Shown here: positions 35,716 through 36,846 of the stretch, one piece after another
Layout of the letters: every line of letters starts with the position of its first letter
Position numbering within the stretch: position 1 is the first letter of the stretch
From: a virus
Reading direction: 5' to 3' (one strand)
Length of the DNA: 36,846 nucleotides
IMG/VR virus record: IMGVR_UViG_3300045988_045270
The notes under the pieces: generated by a model
Told to the model about the DNA's origin: nothing
The model's database searches: none
The model's input: only the letters and a program-made list of their open reading frames with translations
Position numbers and translations under genes: made by a program

Positions 35716-35961
35716 ATGGAACTTGTGGATGATAAAAAAATAGAAGCAATATGTGAATTCATTGGCAACGGTCATGTTGGAGGAGAGTATGCATGTAGAT
35801 TCTTGCTTAAATCACTACCAGAAAAACTTCAAAAAGAAATAGATGCGCCATGTAAACTTGAGTGTCCCGATAATTACTGTTATTGTTGCCCATTCTATAC
35901 AAAAGAAAGTGCAATGCAATGGGTTAAAAGCACAGAAGAGAAAGAAAACGACAAAAAATGA
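35716..35961 (+). CDS. Cys-rich hypothetical protein
   Basis: C...C...CKLECPDNYCYCCPFY suggests metal binding. RBS AAGAGGTTGAAA. Confidence 0.35.
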   Translation: MELVDDKKIEAICEFIGNGHVGGEYACRFLLKSLPEKLQKEIDAPCKLECPDNYCYCCPFYTKESAMQWVKSTEEKENDKK

Positions 35962-36229
35962 TACTATTGTATGTAATGCTATTTTATTTTAAAGATTTAA
36001 TAAAAGATTTAGAAAATGAACTAGAAGAAACTGAAAGTTTTGAAGAAGCAGAAAAGATATAAGTATATCCCTATATTGATACACCAATTTTAAAAACATT
36101 AGTTACACGGACTAATCAAAACGTGGCTCATAAGAAAATTCTATTAACCTATTTAGATTTTGTTTCTATAATCTCATTTTCAATATAGGGATTCATTGAT
36201 ATTTACGAATGATAAAGGAGTGATTTTGA

Positions 36230-36409
36230 ATGATGAATAAAAACAGGGCATTATGCCTTTTATCAGACATATGTATATTAGTTATTCTAATTTCCATGGT
36301 TCTTACTGGAAATAACTGGAACTCAACTGAAGTGAAAGTCTTCTGTTGCAGTTCGCTTTTTATGAATATACTGTTCGTTCAGTATTTTCTTATTACAGGA
36401 GGAAGATAG
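36230..36409 (+). CDS. Small membrane protein (59 aa)
   Basis: RBS AAAGGAGTG. Hydrophobic LCLLSDICILVILISMVL. Confidence 0.3.
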   Translation: MMNKNRALCLLSDICILVILISMVLTGNNWNSTEVKVFCCSSLFMNILFVQYFLITGGR

Positions 36410-36410
36410 C

Positions 36411-36488
36411 ATGGATTTTATTGGACTCTTACTCATAGCAGTATCAATAGTTTTGATAGCGATTGGATGCTTTTGGAAAGAGAACTAA
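36411..36488 (+). CDS. Membrane micro-peptide (25 aa)
   Basis: RBS AGGAGGAAGATAGC. Translation MDFIGLLLIAVSIVLIAIGCFWKEN. Confidence 0.2.
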   Translation: MDFIGLLLIAVSIVLIAIGCFWKEN

Positions 36489-36530
36489 ATAAATATAAAA
36501 AATGGCTCGTGAAGTTATTTGAGGGTGTCA

Positions 36531-36596
36531 GCACAAAACGCAATACTTATAATATGACTTATAATTTCCCAATACTTTTACTGAAAATCGTTTCTC
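36531..36596. promoter_or_regulatory. Three AATACTT repeats (36532, 36561, 36589) plus tandem TTATAAT boxes upstream of the first late-operon gene
   Basis: Read directly from the sequence. Confidence 0.35.
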
Positions 36597-36677
36597 CTAA
36601 TACTTAGTGTTGGCATTCTCAAACGACTTCATGAGTTAGATAACTATATATTTAAAAAGATAAATGAGAGGTATGAA

Positions 36678-36846
36678 ATGGCAAAACTTGCGAAAATGAA
36701 GTACAAAACTATGGGTGGCGATGTAAAAATCAACACGTATAATGCGACAATATCAAAAAAGATTGTGGCTGAATCCGGGATTGATCCTGATAAAGAAATC
36801 ACAGTTATGGCAGAAACTGGAAAAATCATTATTGAACAAAAAAAAT
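36678..36846 (+). CDS. AbrB/MazE (SpoVT-AbrB swapped-hairpin)-like small DNA-binding protein, first gene of the late/lysis transcription unit; continues into the terminal repeat
   Basis: RBS GAGAGG. VKINTYNATISKKIVAESGIDPDKEITVMAETGKIII fits the AbrB-type beta-hairpin pattern. Confidence 0.45.
   Translation, partial: MAKLAKMKYKTMGGDVKINTYNATISKKIVAESGIDPDKEITVMAETGKIIIEQKK
36763..36846. repeat. Terminal direct repeat, copy of 1-84
   Basis: See the first feature. Confidence 0.9.

Overview
The window is a complete, circularly permuted siphovirus genome of about 36.76 kb from a low-GC Firmicute. The ends overlap: bases 1-84 repeat at 36763-36846, apart from a 1-nt poly-A length difference. The genome is lambda-like in gene order, with nearly all genes on the + strand. 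An AbrB-like gene and a small ORF span the junction, followed by a lysis cassette (2-TM holin, BhlA/XhlA-like membrane protein, and a GH25 + 2xCW_7 + LysM endolysin). Next come an HNH endonuclease and a candidate cos region, then a ParB-like nuclease gene broken by an in-frame TAG, and a moron encoding a GT-A glycosyltransferase plus UDP-galactopyranose mutase. TerS (P27 family) and TerL (Terminase_1) are separated by a free-standing GIY-YIG homing endonuclease. The HK97-type head module follows: portal, ClpP-like protease, and major capsid protein. The tail module has connector proteins, major tail protein, a chaperone with a canonical -1 frameshift, tape measure, Dit and Tal. A multi-gene fibre cassette sits unusually between Dit and Tal and continues after Tal; it is collagen-like, carries a collar domain, and has an AT-rich acquired 3' half. 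A large serine recombinase reduced to its catalytic domain sits on the - strand beside a divergent cI/cro-type switch. The early region has a recombination module (ERF, PD-(D/E)XK nuclease, SSB, NinB-like, DUF1064), DnaD-like and DnaC-like replication genes each followed by a duplicated 65-bp palindrome-plus-promoter cassette, and an accessory tail of small genes (ArdC-N-like, MazG-like, Cys-rich and membrane peptides). The most unusual content is the glycosyltransferase plus UDP-galactopyranose mutase pair in the packaging region, next to a decayed ParB-like gene. No rRNA, tRNA or CRISPR was found.
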